Of a DNA stretch of 64,000 nt, positions 48,654 through 57,602 are shown one piece after another. The stretch lies in the IMG/VR virus record IMGVR_UViG_3300011008_000003; one strand, given 5' to 3'. A model generated the notes under the pieces. The model made no database searches and was not told the origin of the DNA. It was given only the letters and a program-made list of their open reading frames with translations. The translations under genes were made by a program, and so were the position numbers. The stretch's first letter is position 1; every line of letters begins with the position of its first letter. This DNA comes from a virus (lineage: Duplodnaviria > Heunggongvirae > Uroviricota > Caudoviricetes).

Positions 48654-48863
48654 ATGAATTACAGACAGCTCGCCGCAAGCATGATGAACCAGCTCGCCCT
48701 TCACCCGGAACTCGGGGACATGAAAGTAAACATCTGCGTCGGGAAAGACGATTATCGCGACATCTCGAAGCTCGAAACTATCTACAAGTTCGGTATCGAG
48801 AACGGACAAGCGAAAATGACTGGCGTAGAGCTTGCATTCTATCCGGAGGGTGTATGCGGGTAG
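48654..48863 (+). CDS. Hypothetical protein (start corrected)
   Basis: Promoter + RBS. Confidence 0.75.
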   Translation: MNYRQLAASMMNQLALHPELGDMKVNICVGKDDYRDISKLETIYKFGIENGQAKMTGVELAFYPEGVCG

Positions 48864-49129
48864 TTCTTCTACTTCTGTTCTGTTCGGTCGTTTCGTTCGC
48901 GGGAACGTTTCAGTTCAAGAACGACACGATACCGAACAAGCGTTATTACATCGACAAAGAGGATTCGATCCGGGCGAATTCTTACAAACCCGAAAAAGAA
49001 GCACGAGACCAGCTCAATAATACGTGCGCCTGGACAGTGAAATGTCGCTCGGCTCGAGCATACGAGAAAACAGAGCCGAAACATGTTCACAGGACTGGAC
49101 CCAGGTGGTTGAAACCTAAAGAGGAATAA
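48854..49129 (+). CDS. Secreted small protein
   Basis: GGAGG RBS; signal peptide ending SFA. Confidence 0.72.
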   Translation: MRVVLLLLFCSVVSFAGTFQFKNDTIPNKRYYIDKEDSIRANSYKPEKEARDQLNNTCAWTVKCRSARAYEKTEPKHVHRTGPRWLKPKEE

Positions 49130-49258
49130 ATGTCTAATACCGACAAGAAAGAAAAGAAAAACGAACCTGAACTTTTCAGTGGCAAAAATCTCACGTGGGA
49201 CGAATTGAAGGATATGTGGGCGAAGGCTCAAAGGGGAATGACCGATAACAAATCTTAG
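49130..49258 (+). CDS. 42-aa hypothetical protein
   Basis: AGAGG RBS, directly after upstream stop. Confidence 0.6.
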   Translation: MSNTDKKEKKNEPELFSGKNLTWDELKDMWAKAQRGMTDNKS

Positions 49259-49320
49259 TTGTTTTTTGTTGACAAATCTTTTGAATTTTTCTATATTTGA
49301 AATATACAAGAGAGGTTAAT

Positions 49321-49659
49321 ATGAAACACGAAGTCATCGCATACCAACTCATCCGCGTCGAATCTGGTGATTGCTGTACTAGCGCAACAACCGATTTAAT
49401 CGCAGTAAAACAAGATCCTCAAGACCTTGCCGAAATCCTCCGTCAGGATTATAACAGTACGTTGGTCGGCGATCATCAGGAACCGAACATTAGAAAGGGA
49501 AAGAAAATCGAAATCAAAGACGGAAATCTTTGGACAAGAACTTCTGAATCAGGAGATTTGGTCTATACTTGGCAGGTAATGAGACTTAAACTGAACATCG
49601 AAGTGACATTCCCGTTACATCACCGACACGAAGACGGTGTTGAACTCGAATTGAAGTAA
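49321..49659 (+). CDS. Hypothetical protein (start corrected)
   Basis: TTGACA promoter + RBS. Confidence 0.78.
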   Translation: MKHEVIAYQLIRVESGDCCTSATTDLIAVKQDPQDLAEILRQDYNSTLVGDHQEPNIRKGKKIEIKDGNLWTRTSESGDLVYTWQVMRLKLNIEVTFPLHHRHEDGVELELK

Positions 49660-49747
49660 ATCCGTTGAAAAAACTCGAATTGAACTAGTTTAAAAGACTA
49701 GTTCATTTTTCTATATTATAATCAAACAAAACAACAAGAGGTTAATA

Positions 49748-50110
49748 ATGAAGAAAATCATCGCTGCAATCCTTCTCGTCGCTCTTACCGTGTTCGCCCA
49801 GCAGGCAGAAAACGGGATTGTGAACGTGACAAAGAACAAGTACGGAACGGAAATGACGTTCTACCCGAACACGAGCATCGAAGCCGGTCATGTCTATTCC
49901 GTGGTCATGAACGATTGTGACGGATTCAAGTCCATCGAAATCAAGTTCATGGACGGAACAATTCAATACTATTCATTCGACGAAGAGAAGATGCCGTCCG
50001 TAACGACGAAACATGAAGACAGGGTGTTGTCCTGGGAATCGCTCACGAAGCCGAAGTTCATGAAGGCATGGAACGAATACTTCAAATACTTCAAGGATTA
50101 TATCGGGTAA
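49748..50110 (+). CDS. Secreted/periplasmic protein
   Basis: MKKIIAAILLVALTVFA signal peptide. Confidence 0.8.
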   Translation: MKKIIAAILLVALTVFAQQAENGIVNVTKNKYGTEMTFYPNTSIEAGHVYSVVMNDCDGFKSIEIKFMDGTIQYYSFDEEKMPSVTTKHEDRVLSWESLTKPKFMKAWNEYFKYFKDYIG

Positions 50111-50186
50111 TACCGGTCAAAAATTCAAACACGAACTAGTTTAAAAGACTAGTTCTTTTTTCTATATTTTAATTAGAGGTTAGAAT

Positions 50187-50342
50187 ATGAAAAAACTCAT
50201 CAAGAACATCATCGTTTCCGTCATGGTCAAGGACATCAAGTTTCTCATGAGCATTCGCCACGAGACAATGAAAGGAAGCGTATCACGGGCAATCAAGCTT
50301 GACATCTGGTTCACGAGGATGGTTCAGCGAGTGCTTTCATAA
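50187..50342 (+). CDS. 51-aa hypothetical protein
   Basis: Promoter + AGAGGT RBS. Confidence 0.65.
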   Translation: MKKLIKNIIVSVMVKDIKFLMSIRHETMKGSVSRAIKLDIWFTRMVQRVLS

Positions 50343-50349
50343 ATAATGT

Positions 50350-50928
50350 ATGGAACTCGCGCAGAAGATAATCGATTACTTTGGTGACGACCTCTACACG
50401 GAACTGGACGTGAACGAGGTCGATTATGAAACTTTGCCTGCTTACGAATTTTACGAGAAGGTGGTAAAATCGTGCGAGGAGCTACATCCCGAAGTGGTCG
50501 ATTCGTTACGCGAACAGGACCAGCCCGTGCCCGAGCCGTGGAAGGTTTTCGAAAACGCGAACGATGCGCAAGCTTTCCTTTCCCAATACGCGAAGAGTCA
50601 TTTCTACCTTTGCGTTGATATACTGGAAGACATATTCTATCATGATCATGACTACAGGATTTTCCCGACTCAATCATTTCGTGACATGCGTGAGATATGG
50701 CTGAATCGCGCGAAGGAGGAAGGGAGGGAATCATTCCTCGAACGAGTGAAGAGAGGGAAAGATACGAAGAAATGGGGAGCGTACTCGTTGAATTCATTTC
50801 GTGCGCTGGCAAGGAGGATTACGCCCCCTAAATGCGCCCGTTACTGCTGGCTCCATAAGATAATGACTCATGAAGGGGATTCGTACGTCATATGGGATGA
50901 ATCATTATTGAATACGAAACGTTCCTAA
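50350..50928 (+). CDS. Hypothetical protein behind late-type promoter
   Basis: CATAAATA-N4-ATG. Confidence 0.78.
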   Translation: MELAQKIIDYFGDDLYTELDVNEVDYETLPAYEFYEKVVKSCEELHPEVVDSLREQDQPVPEPWKVFENANDAQAFLSQYAKSHFYLCVDILEDIFYHDHDYRIFPTQSFRDMREIWLNRAKEEGRESFLERVKRGKDTKKWGAYSLNSFRALARRITPPKCARYCWLHKIMTHEGDSYVIWDESLLNTKRS

Positions 50929-50954
50929 CCTTTCATTTCATTCTATTACCAATC

Positions 50955-51050
50955 GTTCATAAATGAGTTATGAACGAGTTTTTTATTTCATGAGTATAAA
51001 CACTAGTCTTTAAAAATCATGACTTTAAATGAGATTTATCACAGTCTGCT
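50955..51050 (+). repeat. Dispersed AT-rich intergenic repeat
   Basis: ATAAATGAGTT...ACTAGTCTTTAAAAA. Confidence 0.65.
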
Positions 51051-51086
51051 ATTTACAAATCTGCAGGTTTTTGCTATATTCACCTC

Positions 51087-51278
51087 ATGAGATATAAGAT
51101 TTACGCTAATTTCGAAGGACAGGAACTCATTTTCAAACGTTACGGTGAGAATGAAGAGCAGGTGAAAAACGAATTTGATACGTTCGTGAAAGAAAAAATG
51201 ACAGGGTGGAATCCTGTCATCGAGAAAATCGAGGTGGATAAGACTAAATCAGTTACTGTGCCCGAGAAGATTGTGTAG
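51087..51278 (+). CDS. Small hypothetical protein (leaderless)
   Basis: TTTACA-N17-TATATT-N6-ATG. Confidence 0.75.
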   Translation: MRYKIYANFEGQELIFKRYGENEEQVKNEFDTFVKEKMTGWNPVIEKIEVDKTKSVTVPEKIV

Positions 51279-51695
51279 CTTGTTCTTTATCGCTTCAAGC
51301 TTCTGCTTTAATGCGCCTTTAATATCAGACGGAACTTTCTGGTTCTTTTCACGAGCTGTATTCACGTCAGGATTTTCTTGGTCGTAATCGAGCCCGATCT
51401 GGTCACGTTTCTTGAAGGATTTTAACCTTTTCTTCTGGTAGAGAGGGTTTTTGCGTTTGTTCTTAGCTTTTTGCTGGGCGAGCTTACGATTCTTTTCTTC
51501 TGTGGCGGATATTTTAACTTCGCGAGGGATATGGTTCTTGTCGAATTCTACTCGCCAACCGACCTTAGTCGAAATCCACTTCTTTACACGTTGCTTGTCG
51601 CGAACGATTACTTTCTGCACGAGCTTTTCATCGAGGGGAAGGTGTTCGTCCTCGATGATTTCGTTCGCATTTTCAAGATATTCTGCCCAGTTCAT
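51249..51695 (-). CDS. Basic late protein, possible virion/internal protein
   Basis: TATAAATA-N4-ATG; acidic N-terminus ending LDE then K/R-rich body. Confidence 0.7.
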   Translation of the reverse strand: MNWAEYLENANEIIEDEHLPLDEKLVQKVIVRDKQRVKKWISTKVGWRVEFDKNHIPREVKISATEEKNRKLAQQKAKNKRKNPLYQKKRLKSFKKRDQIGLDYDQENPDVNTAREKNQKVPSDIKGALKQKLEAIKNKLHNLLGHSN

Positions 51696-51702
51696 GCATT
51701 AT

Positions 51703-51873
51703 TTATAACATTTCCACTACTCCATCCACGTAAGGCGTGTAAAGATACAAGCCCATGAAAATGGCGAGGAACATGCAGGCGAAGCCCGTGCCGGGTCCAT
51801 AGCCGGACATCGCCTTCATGAGTCCACAAAGGAAAAGGATAATGGCAACGACTGTGCAGATAATGACCATCAT
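51703..51873 (-). CDS. 56-aa two-TM membrane protein
   Basis: MMVIICTVVAIILFLCGL...FACMFLAIFMGLYLY; ATGA coupling. Confidence 0.65.
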   Translation of the reverse strand: MMVIICTVVAIILFLCGLMKAMSGYGPGTGFACMFLAIFMGLYLYTPYVDGVVEML

Positions 51874-52028
51874 GCAATTCTCTCGAGAAGTACGACATCA
51901 TCCATCATAACGTCGAGTTCATGCAATTTGTAAACCAGATCCGCAAACCAATTGTCCTTGTTCGCGAGTTCCAGGGTAATGTCTGACGTGCAAAGTCCGT
52001 TTTTCGCGACGATATGGTATTTTCTCAT
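51870..52028 (-). CDS. 52-aa hypothetical protein
   Basis: Minus-strand TATATT box + AAGAGGTT RBS. Confidence 0.68.
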   Translation of the reverse strand: MRKYHIVAKNGLCTSDITLELANKDNWFADLVYKLHELDVMMDDVVLLERIA

Positions 52029-52120
52029 GTCTAACCTCTTTTACGTCTGATAATATAGAAAATTGTAATTACGATACCAAGTAAAATCAATCGAAAAAAT
52101 GTATCGGACATGTTTCCTCC

Positions 52121-52525
52121 TTATGCGCTCTTCCTCCATTCTTCACAGTAGATTTTGTAATCTTCTTCCTGTTCCTCTTCGGTCAAGAGACGTTCGTAGA
52201 GCGTATGACCGAACGCAACGACATGACACATGTCTTCGTACCACTGGAGTTCTTCCGGTTTGACAAATTCGTTACAGTCGAAATCGAGGAACTTGTCGTA
52301 CGGACGGTCATTGTGTTTTTCCTTCCACCACGACATGTTCTCGTCGAAGTGCGGATTGAGAATATATCCCTTCGCTTCCATCTCACGACGATAGTTAAAA
52401 GTTTCGAGATAGTATTCGTCTCTCGCCAGGTCGTTCTGATTGCCCCACATCGTGAAATCTTCATCAATCATGTTCATGATGTCAAGTTCTTCGGAAATGC
52501 TGGTAGTCTTGAAATTAGTAATCAT
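52121..52525 (-). CDS. Acidic hypothetical protein
   Basis: Promoter + AAGAGGTC RBS. Confidence 0.8.
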   Translation of the reverse strand: MITNFKTTSISEELDIMNMIDEDFTMWGNQNDLARDEYYLETFNYRREMEAKGYILNPHFDENMSWWKEKHNDRPYDKFLDFDCNEFVKPEELQWYEDMCHVVAFGHTLYERLLTEEEQEEDYKIYCEEWRKSA

Positions 52526-52705
52526 AATGACCTCTTCTATTTGACTTAAATATAGAAAATTCCAACTCTTTAGTAAATAAATATATTTGAATATTTTCTA
52601 TCGGAACTACATTGTTTGAGGCATGTCCGATGAAAAATCTCATTTGATAATTGTTTACAATCGTTCGTGATTTTTCTATATTTTGAACATCAACAAGAGG
52701 TTAAT

Positions 52706-53017
52706 ATGAATCGCCATCAGATGTTTAACCCGGCCAACTACCAAGCCGATCCGACCAAGAACATGTGGTTGCTTTCCACGAGGAACGAAGTTCTTGACTA
52801 TTATGAAGCGGAAATGATCAAGCCCAAATACTTGCCTGGTGACGACAATACCATGCTTACGATGCTTGGGAAACATATCAAGGAGTTAAAGAAGAATCAG
52901 GCCAAGATGCCATGGGAGGCTCTCGTTCGTGAAGTCGCAGAAGGACTACTCGAAATCGATGAATGGAGTACGGACCATTATGACATCGAGGAAATTCTGA
53001 TGGAAAAATCAAAATAA
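52706..53017 (+). CDS. Hypothetical protein (start corrected)
   Basis: Promoter + RBS. Confidence 0.78.
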   Translation: MNRHQMFNPANYQADPTKNMWLLSTRNEVLDYYEAEMIKPKYLPGDDNTMLTMLGKHIKELKKNQAKMPWEALVREVAEGLLEIDEWSTDHYDIEEILMEKSK

Positions 53018-53077
53018 TTCTTGTTTACAAGTCTTTATGATTTTTCTATATTTTGAATATCAACAAGAGGTTTTAAT

Positions 53078-53383
53078 ATGTCTCGTTCTTACAAGAAGAA
53101 TTACAAGTCGCCTGTCTGCTGCACCGGTCGTAACGGTATCAAGAAGTGGAAGCATGATACGAAGCAACAGCGCAGGGCTCGCGAACATGCCCAGTTGTTC
53201 AAGATTTACGAAGATGAAGAAGGTTTTGACGAAGAATCCTGTACGCCCATCAAGTACCAGAAGCAGAAGGACATGACCGACTGGTCCGGTCCTCATGACG
53301 GATGGAACCGTATGAGCGTTCGTGCCGCGGAAGAGATGTGGGACGAAATCGACGGCAAGTCGTACAAGGGACATCGCAAGTAG
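53078..53383 (+). CDS. Hypothetical protein with basic MSRSYKK N-terminus
   Basis: Promoter + RBS + terminator. Confidence 0.8.
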   Translation: MSRSYKKNYKSPVCCTGRNGIKKWKHDTKQQRRAREHAQLFKIYEDEEGFDEESCTPIKYQKQKDMTDWSGPHDGWNRMSVRAAEEMWDEIDGKSYKGHRK

Positions 53384-53479
53384 AGTTTGACCTCTAAACG
53401 ACAAGGGCTTGCGGCAACTGGACCTCGCCGTGGGCCCTTTTTTATATCCAAACCCAATTCAAAATCCAACTTTTTTGAC

Positions 53480-53580
53480 TTATAAATGAGTTGTGGACTT
53501 GAATTTTATAATATGAATATAAATACTAGTCTTTAAAAACGAGTCTTTAAAACACGTTTACCGCGGATTGCCTCGTTCAA
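53480..53580 (+). repeat. Dispersed AT-rich intergenic repeat
   Basis: ATAAATGAGTTGTGGACTTG...CTAGTCTTTAAAAACGAGTCTTTAAAACACGTTTACC. Confidence 0.68.
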
Positions 53581-53650
53581 TAAACTTTAGAATTTATTTG
53601 TTTACAAATCTCTATGGTTTTTCTATATTTGAAACAAACAAGAGGTTAAT

Positions 53651-53788
53651 ATGAACGAAACTTACAGACCACATGAAATCAGACATTACCACGCACAGAT
53701 CGAACCGGTACAGAAGAAGAAGTTTTCTACTCCGATGCTCGTGGTGAAGAACAACGAACTCGTCGTTGACCAGGCTGTCCGACAGTAA
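53651..53788 (+). CDS. 45-aa hypothetical protein
   Basis: Promoter + CAAGAGGTTAAT-ATG. Confidence 0.7.
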   Translation: MNETYRPHEIRHYHAQIEPVQKKKFSTPMLVVKNNELVVDQAVRQ

Positions 53789-53857
53789 AAAACTTAACTT
53801 TTACTATTTACAAACCTTTACAGTTTTACTATATTGTAGACAACAAAAGAGGAATGA

Positions 53858-54127
53858 ATGAATTACGATAAGAAACAATATATGGCGAAGGCTGTCGTTT
53901 ACGTACGTGACGTAATCAACGGGATTGTTTCGCCTGTTGTCGTCACTGTGAAGGGTAATTTCAAGAACGATACCATCGCGAAGGTTCGACTGACCTGGCG
54001 TTATCAGGACAAGTTGAAGAAGGATTACAAGAAGACAGTCGTAGAAGAAAAGCCTTTGAAGTTCTACTACACATCGAATCCGCTTGGTTTCATGATTGAC
54101 GACAAACTCGATCAGATGGAAATCTGA
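53858..54127 (+). CDS. Hypothetical protein
   Basis: Promoter + AGAGG RBS. Confidence 0.78.
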   Translation: MNYDKKQYMAKAVVYVRDVINGIVSPVVVTVKGNFKNDTIAKVRLTWRYQDKLKKDYKKTVVEEKPLKFYYTSNPLGFMIDDKLDQMEI

Positions 54128-54185
54128 CGAAAAAATTCAAAATCTTCTTGCTTACGATACTTGAATATTTTTCTATATTATAAGC

Positions 54186-54305
54186 ATGAAGATGATGATT
54201 CTAGGAATTTTATCGGTCGTGGCGGTGATTACTGCCGCGATAGTCTCCACCCTCCCGACCGTGCTGATTTTCAGTGCGTGTTTCTTCGGGGTGAGAGGCG
54301 CATAA
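54186..54305 (+). CDS. 39-aa hydrophobic peptide (leaderless)
   Basis: TATATT-N6-ATG; MKMMILGILSVVAVITAAIVSTLPTVLIFSACFFGVRGA. Confidence 0.62.
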   Translation: MKMMILGILSVVAVITAAIVSTLPTVLIFSACFFGVRGA

Positions 54306-54461
54306 GGGTTTTGCGCACGGGATTAAACATTAACACCAATGCACCCCTTACACCTCCCGATGCGCAAGAAATTTGACCTCTACCGACCCAATTCGCTCAT
54401 TACTGGACCTCTTGACCGGGTTGGGTCGGTTCTTTGGATTTTTAACCAAAAGGAAAGAAAC

Positions 54462-54755
54462 ATGAAGAAAATCCTATTTGTCCTTATCGCGTTTGCTACG
54501 TTGTTTGCCTTTACCGGCTGTAACTCGTGCACGCAAACCTTCAAAAACCTCGAATCCGATTTCTCGGAACTTGACCGTAACATCACGGTCATAAACGCGA
54601 TTCGAGGAGACACGCTCTTCACGTATTCCGGGCCGTGTTACATCAGTGACGGAGCGAATCCCGGGGACGTGACTCTCATCTACAAGGTGGGAAAGAAATC
54701 GAAGAAAGCAGACTTTCTCGGCGAACACGTCATATTCATCGCGACAGAAAAGTAA
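54462..54755 (+). CDS. Lipoprotein (start corrected)
   Basis: MKKILFVLIAFATLFAFTG-C lipobox. Confidence 0.8.
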   Translation: MKKILFVLIAFATLFAFTGCNSCTQTFKNLESDFSELDRNITVINAIRGDTLFTYSGPCYISDGANPGDVTLIYKVGKKSKKADFLGEHVIFIATEK

Positions 54756-54854
54756 CTGGTCTGATTCTGTGAAATCAACTGGCGGGATTACGAAAATCCC
54801 GTCTTTTTTATTTTCTTGTTTACGAACTTACGAAAGTTTGTTATATTTTACTGC

Positions 54855-56189
54855 ATGAATGACGACTTAATTTCTATTGACGAAGGGATGGAAGACTGGT
54901 CTATGCTCCAGTCCCGTAACATTATCGGTTCTAAATCGTTTGAAGAGAAAAAGACAGAACGCTTTTACCGGTTCGATTCGGACCTGACAGACGAAGATTT
55001 TCTTTCCAAGTATTACGAGTACAGACAGGACAGGAATCATTTCAAGATTGATTTTAAACCTGATGACGAGACCAGAGCAGGTAGAATCATGGAGGAATTG
55101 ATAGAGGAAAAGGCGAAGAGGTTAGGAATCGACCTGGAAATAGCCAAGTCAGTCGTGGCTACAGCTATCGTGAAGAAACAGAATGAACTGTCTGGTAAAT
55201 TCGCCCGTTCGATTCATATCGATCAGGTCGAGAATGAACTGTTCGAAAAGCTCGGTTCGTTAACGCTGGTAGAACTTGACAGTATCATCTATAACGTTCT
55301 TTACGGTTGTTACCTGTCGAATAGGACGAAACATGAAATCCTGTTCGAATTTTACGAACTGAATTCTACCACCTGTTACATCCTGTCAAAAAACGGTCTT
55401 AGACTCATGAATATAACTATGACCTGTAGTCCTGAACCATCGAAACGGTCAGGAACAATTACCTGTACAATCGGACCAGGAGCGACTCGTGAGCTGGCAT
55501 TTAATCCTGCTACGGAAGATATTGACAGTAAGATAGAAGGTTTCGACCTCGAATCGATATTTGAACTGAGCGAGAACTGTATGGACCTGTCTGGCAAGCA
55601 GATACAGGATATATTCGTTTCTCACCTGTCCAGTGTAAAATATACCTGTCACGATATATTTGACATTGAATCGTTCCTGACCAGTGAAGGAATAAACCTG
55701 GACGATTTCATAGTTCGACCCGTAAGCGAGGACCAGACTAATATGGAACAGAGCAAGGAAACGCTCTGTCTGGTTGCTGCCGAATCTTACATCCGTAACA
55801 AATGGTTCAGTAATAAATCGGGCTATGGAGTAGGCTGTGACCTCTCTACCTGTTACGATACAGGTGAAAACTCGTTCAATTACAGTGAATGGGGAAAACC
55901 TGACGGCGTGATTCGATTCGGCAAGGCGATTAAAATAGCTCCTTACAGACGTAAACATTATGCTGACCTCACCTATCCTGACATCGAATTTAACTTCGCG
56001 ATAGTTGGGACTGTGTTCGAACTGTACGTTTCAGGTCTGACTATGAGAACTAACCCGACACAGGGACTGGAAGCGATTCTCAAAATCGATTACGATAAAT
56101 TAGTCGACGAGGTTAGTGACGTATTGGGAAAGGTCTCGATGGACAGGAAAAACCTCGATAACCTGTTCGACCTCGAACTGTCCCTATAA
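54855..56189 (+). CDS. Hypothetical protein (leaderless; start corrected)
   Basis: TTTACG-N17-TATATT-N7-ATG, ~444 aa. Confidence 0.83.
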   Translation: MNDDLISIDEGMEDWSMLQSRNIIGSKSFEEKKTERFYRFDSDLTDEDFLSKYYEYRQDRNHFKIDFKPDDETRAGRIMEELIEEKAKRLGIDLEIAKSVVATAIVKKQNELSGKFARSIHIDQVENELFEKLGSLTLVELDSIIYNVLYGCYLSNRTKHEILFEFYELNSTTCYILSKNGLRLMNITMTCSPEPSKRSGTITCTIGPGATRELAFNPATEDIDSKIEGFDLESIFELSENCMDLSGKQIQDIFVSHLSSVKYTCHDIFDIESFLTSEGINLDDFIVRPVSEDQTNMEQSKETLCLVAAESYIRNKWFSNKSGYGVGCDLSTCYDTGENSFNYSEWGKPDGVIRFGKAIKIAPYRRKHYADLTYPDIEFNFAIVGTVFELYVSGLTMRTNPTQGLEAILKIDYDKLVDEVSDVLGKVSMDRKNLDNLFDLELSL

Positions 56190-56196
56190 ATAGTAC

Positions 56197-56652
56197 ATGA
56201 ACAAGATAATAGTCAATCCCGAATCTAACCCCGAACTGGCAAAATACCTGGACGGGGTTTTGTCTGATTTCGAATCAAGTTACGACTGTACACGTGATAA
56301 CTGTGGTCGAATCAATCGTGAACTTCGTACCTTACTCGTACAGGAAGGTGAAATACCTGAACAGGTTCAAGGACTGTATAAGGTCGATACCTGGAGGGGT
56401 TGGTTGGACGAAGGGGATTTTACAGACGAGGAACTTGACCTGATTACGAAACGGTACGGAGGAAACAACCGTTACAGTCTCGAGGAATATGTCGAGTCGT
56501 TACCGGAACGTGAACAGGAAAAATACCTGTATATTCCTCACGTGTTTTTAATCCTCGACGATTTAATCCTCGATGCTGCGTCTGATATGTTCGACTGTAA
56601 GAACTCGCCCGATCGATACTACGACTGGGACGAGAACCCAATCATAGACTAA
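56197..56652 (+). CDS. Putative Cys-His-Asp (papain/transglutaminase-like) enzyme behind late-type promoter
   Basis: DNCG...PHVFLILDDLILDA; TATAAATA-N4-ATG. Confidence 0.6.
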   Translation: MNKIIVNPESNPELAKYLDGVLSDFESSYDCTRDNCGRINRELRTLLVQEGEIPEQVQGLYKVDTWRGWLDEGDFTDEELDLITKRYGGNNRYSLEEYVESLPEREQEKYLYIPHVFLILDDLILDAASDMFDCKNSPDRYYDWDENPIID

Positions 56653-57003
56653 CTATTTCAGGAAGTCGGCATGCTTCTTGAATTCTTCAACAAGCTGTTC
56701 GTCACTATAGTACGGAACAAGTTCTTCTTTACGCCCGCCCAAGTAGTAATCGTCGTAGTGTACGAACAGGATTCGGCAGTTGTCGACGATTCGTGCATAG
56801 CACTTATCAAACTGTAACGTTACAGACCAGTGTCTACCCCACTTCTCGATGTCAGCCATGTCCAGGAATACGAGCGGTTTCATCTCGTTGATTTCAGGAA
56901 TGGCGATGACAACTTCGCCCTTGTGTTTCAAACGATCCATCTCTGCCTGAAGTGAAAGAATCGTGTTTTCCATGGAATGACAGTCAAGTTTAATTTCGTT
57001 CAT
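56653..57003 (-). CDS. Hypothetical protein
   Basis: Promoter + CAAGAGGTTATT-ATG. Confidence 0.8.
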   Translation of the reverse strand: MNEIKLDCHSMENTILSLQAEMDRLKHKGEVVIAIPEINEMKPLVFLDMADIEKWGRHWSVTLQFDKCYARIVDNCRILFVHYDDYYLGGRKEELVPYYSDEQLVEEFKKHADFLK

Positions 57004-57066
57004 AATAACCTCTTGATTAAAATATAGAAATTTCCAAGAGATTTGTAAATACGAAAGTTTTAGAAT

Positions 57067-57303
57067 TTATTTTTGGTAAGACTCGTACTTCTCGATGTTC
57101 TTGCACGATTTTTCGAACAGTTGAATATCCTTCATGTCATATCTTGCAACGACATCGAGTCTGTCCGCAAGGCGTTGAATCTTACGTCTCGGGTATTTCT
57201 CTTCGAACATCTCGTTGTAGTTACGAATATATCTCTTACGGAGCTTACGGTATACGATCGTGCCCGTGATGCTCAATACAATCCAAGCGATAATCCATCC
57301 CAT
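57067..57303 (-). CDS. Small membrane-anchored protein
   Basis: N-terminal TM. Confidence 0.72.
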   Translation of the reverse strand: MGWIIAWIVLSITGTIVYRKLRKRYIRNYNEMFEEKYPRRKIQRLADRLDVVARYDMKDIQLFEKSCKNIEKYESYQK

Positions 57304-57306
57304 GGC

Positions 57307-57501
57307 CTACCCCACGAGATTGCCGATAGAACCGACAATCCACGTCGCACCGTGAGCGATGTTAGATACGATTCCCGTTGCCAGAGCCACGATAGAATTG
57401 ACCGAACCACAGAAGGAATTGGTCACGTGACTGTTTGTCGTAAATGCGCCGATAAGGAACAGCACCAGGACGACGATGAGGATTACTTTGAATTTTGTCA
57501 T
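57307..57501 (-). CDS. Small membrane protein
   Basis: Promoter + GGAGG RBS; hydrophobic. Confidence 0.72.
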   Translation of the reverse strand: MTKFKVILIVVLVLFLIGAFTTNSHVTNSFCGSVNSIVALATGIVSNIAHGATWIVGSIGNLVG

Positions 57502-57602
57502 ATCTGACCTCCGTTGTTTAATTTAAATATAGAAAATTCTGAAGAATTCGTAATTTAAACAATTAAAAGAAAATGGTTGGAGGTCTTGCGACCCCCGGAT
57601 CA

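Noticed and set aside
31009-54855. Apparent shared N-terminal peptide M-x-x-FLY...KEVN-M in many ORF-track proteins
   Set aside because: It is the translated promoter and RBS (TTTCTATAT...GAGGTTAAT); true starts are at the downstream ATG
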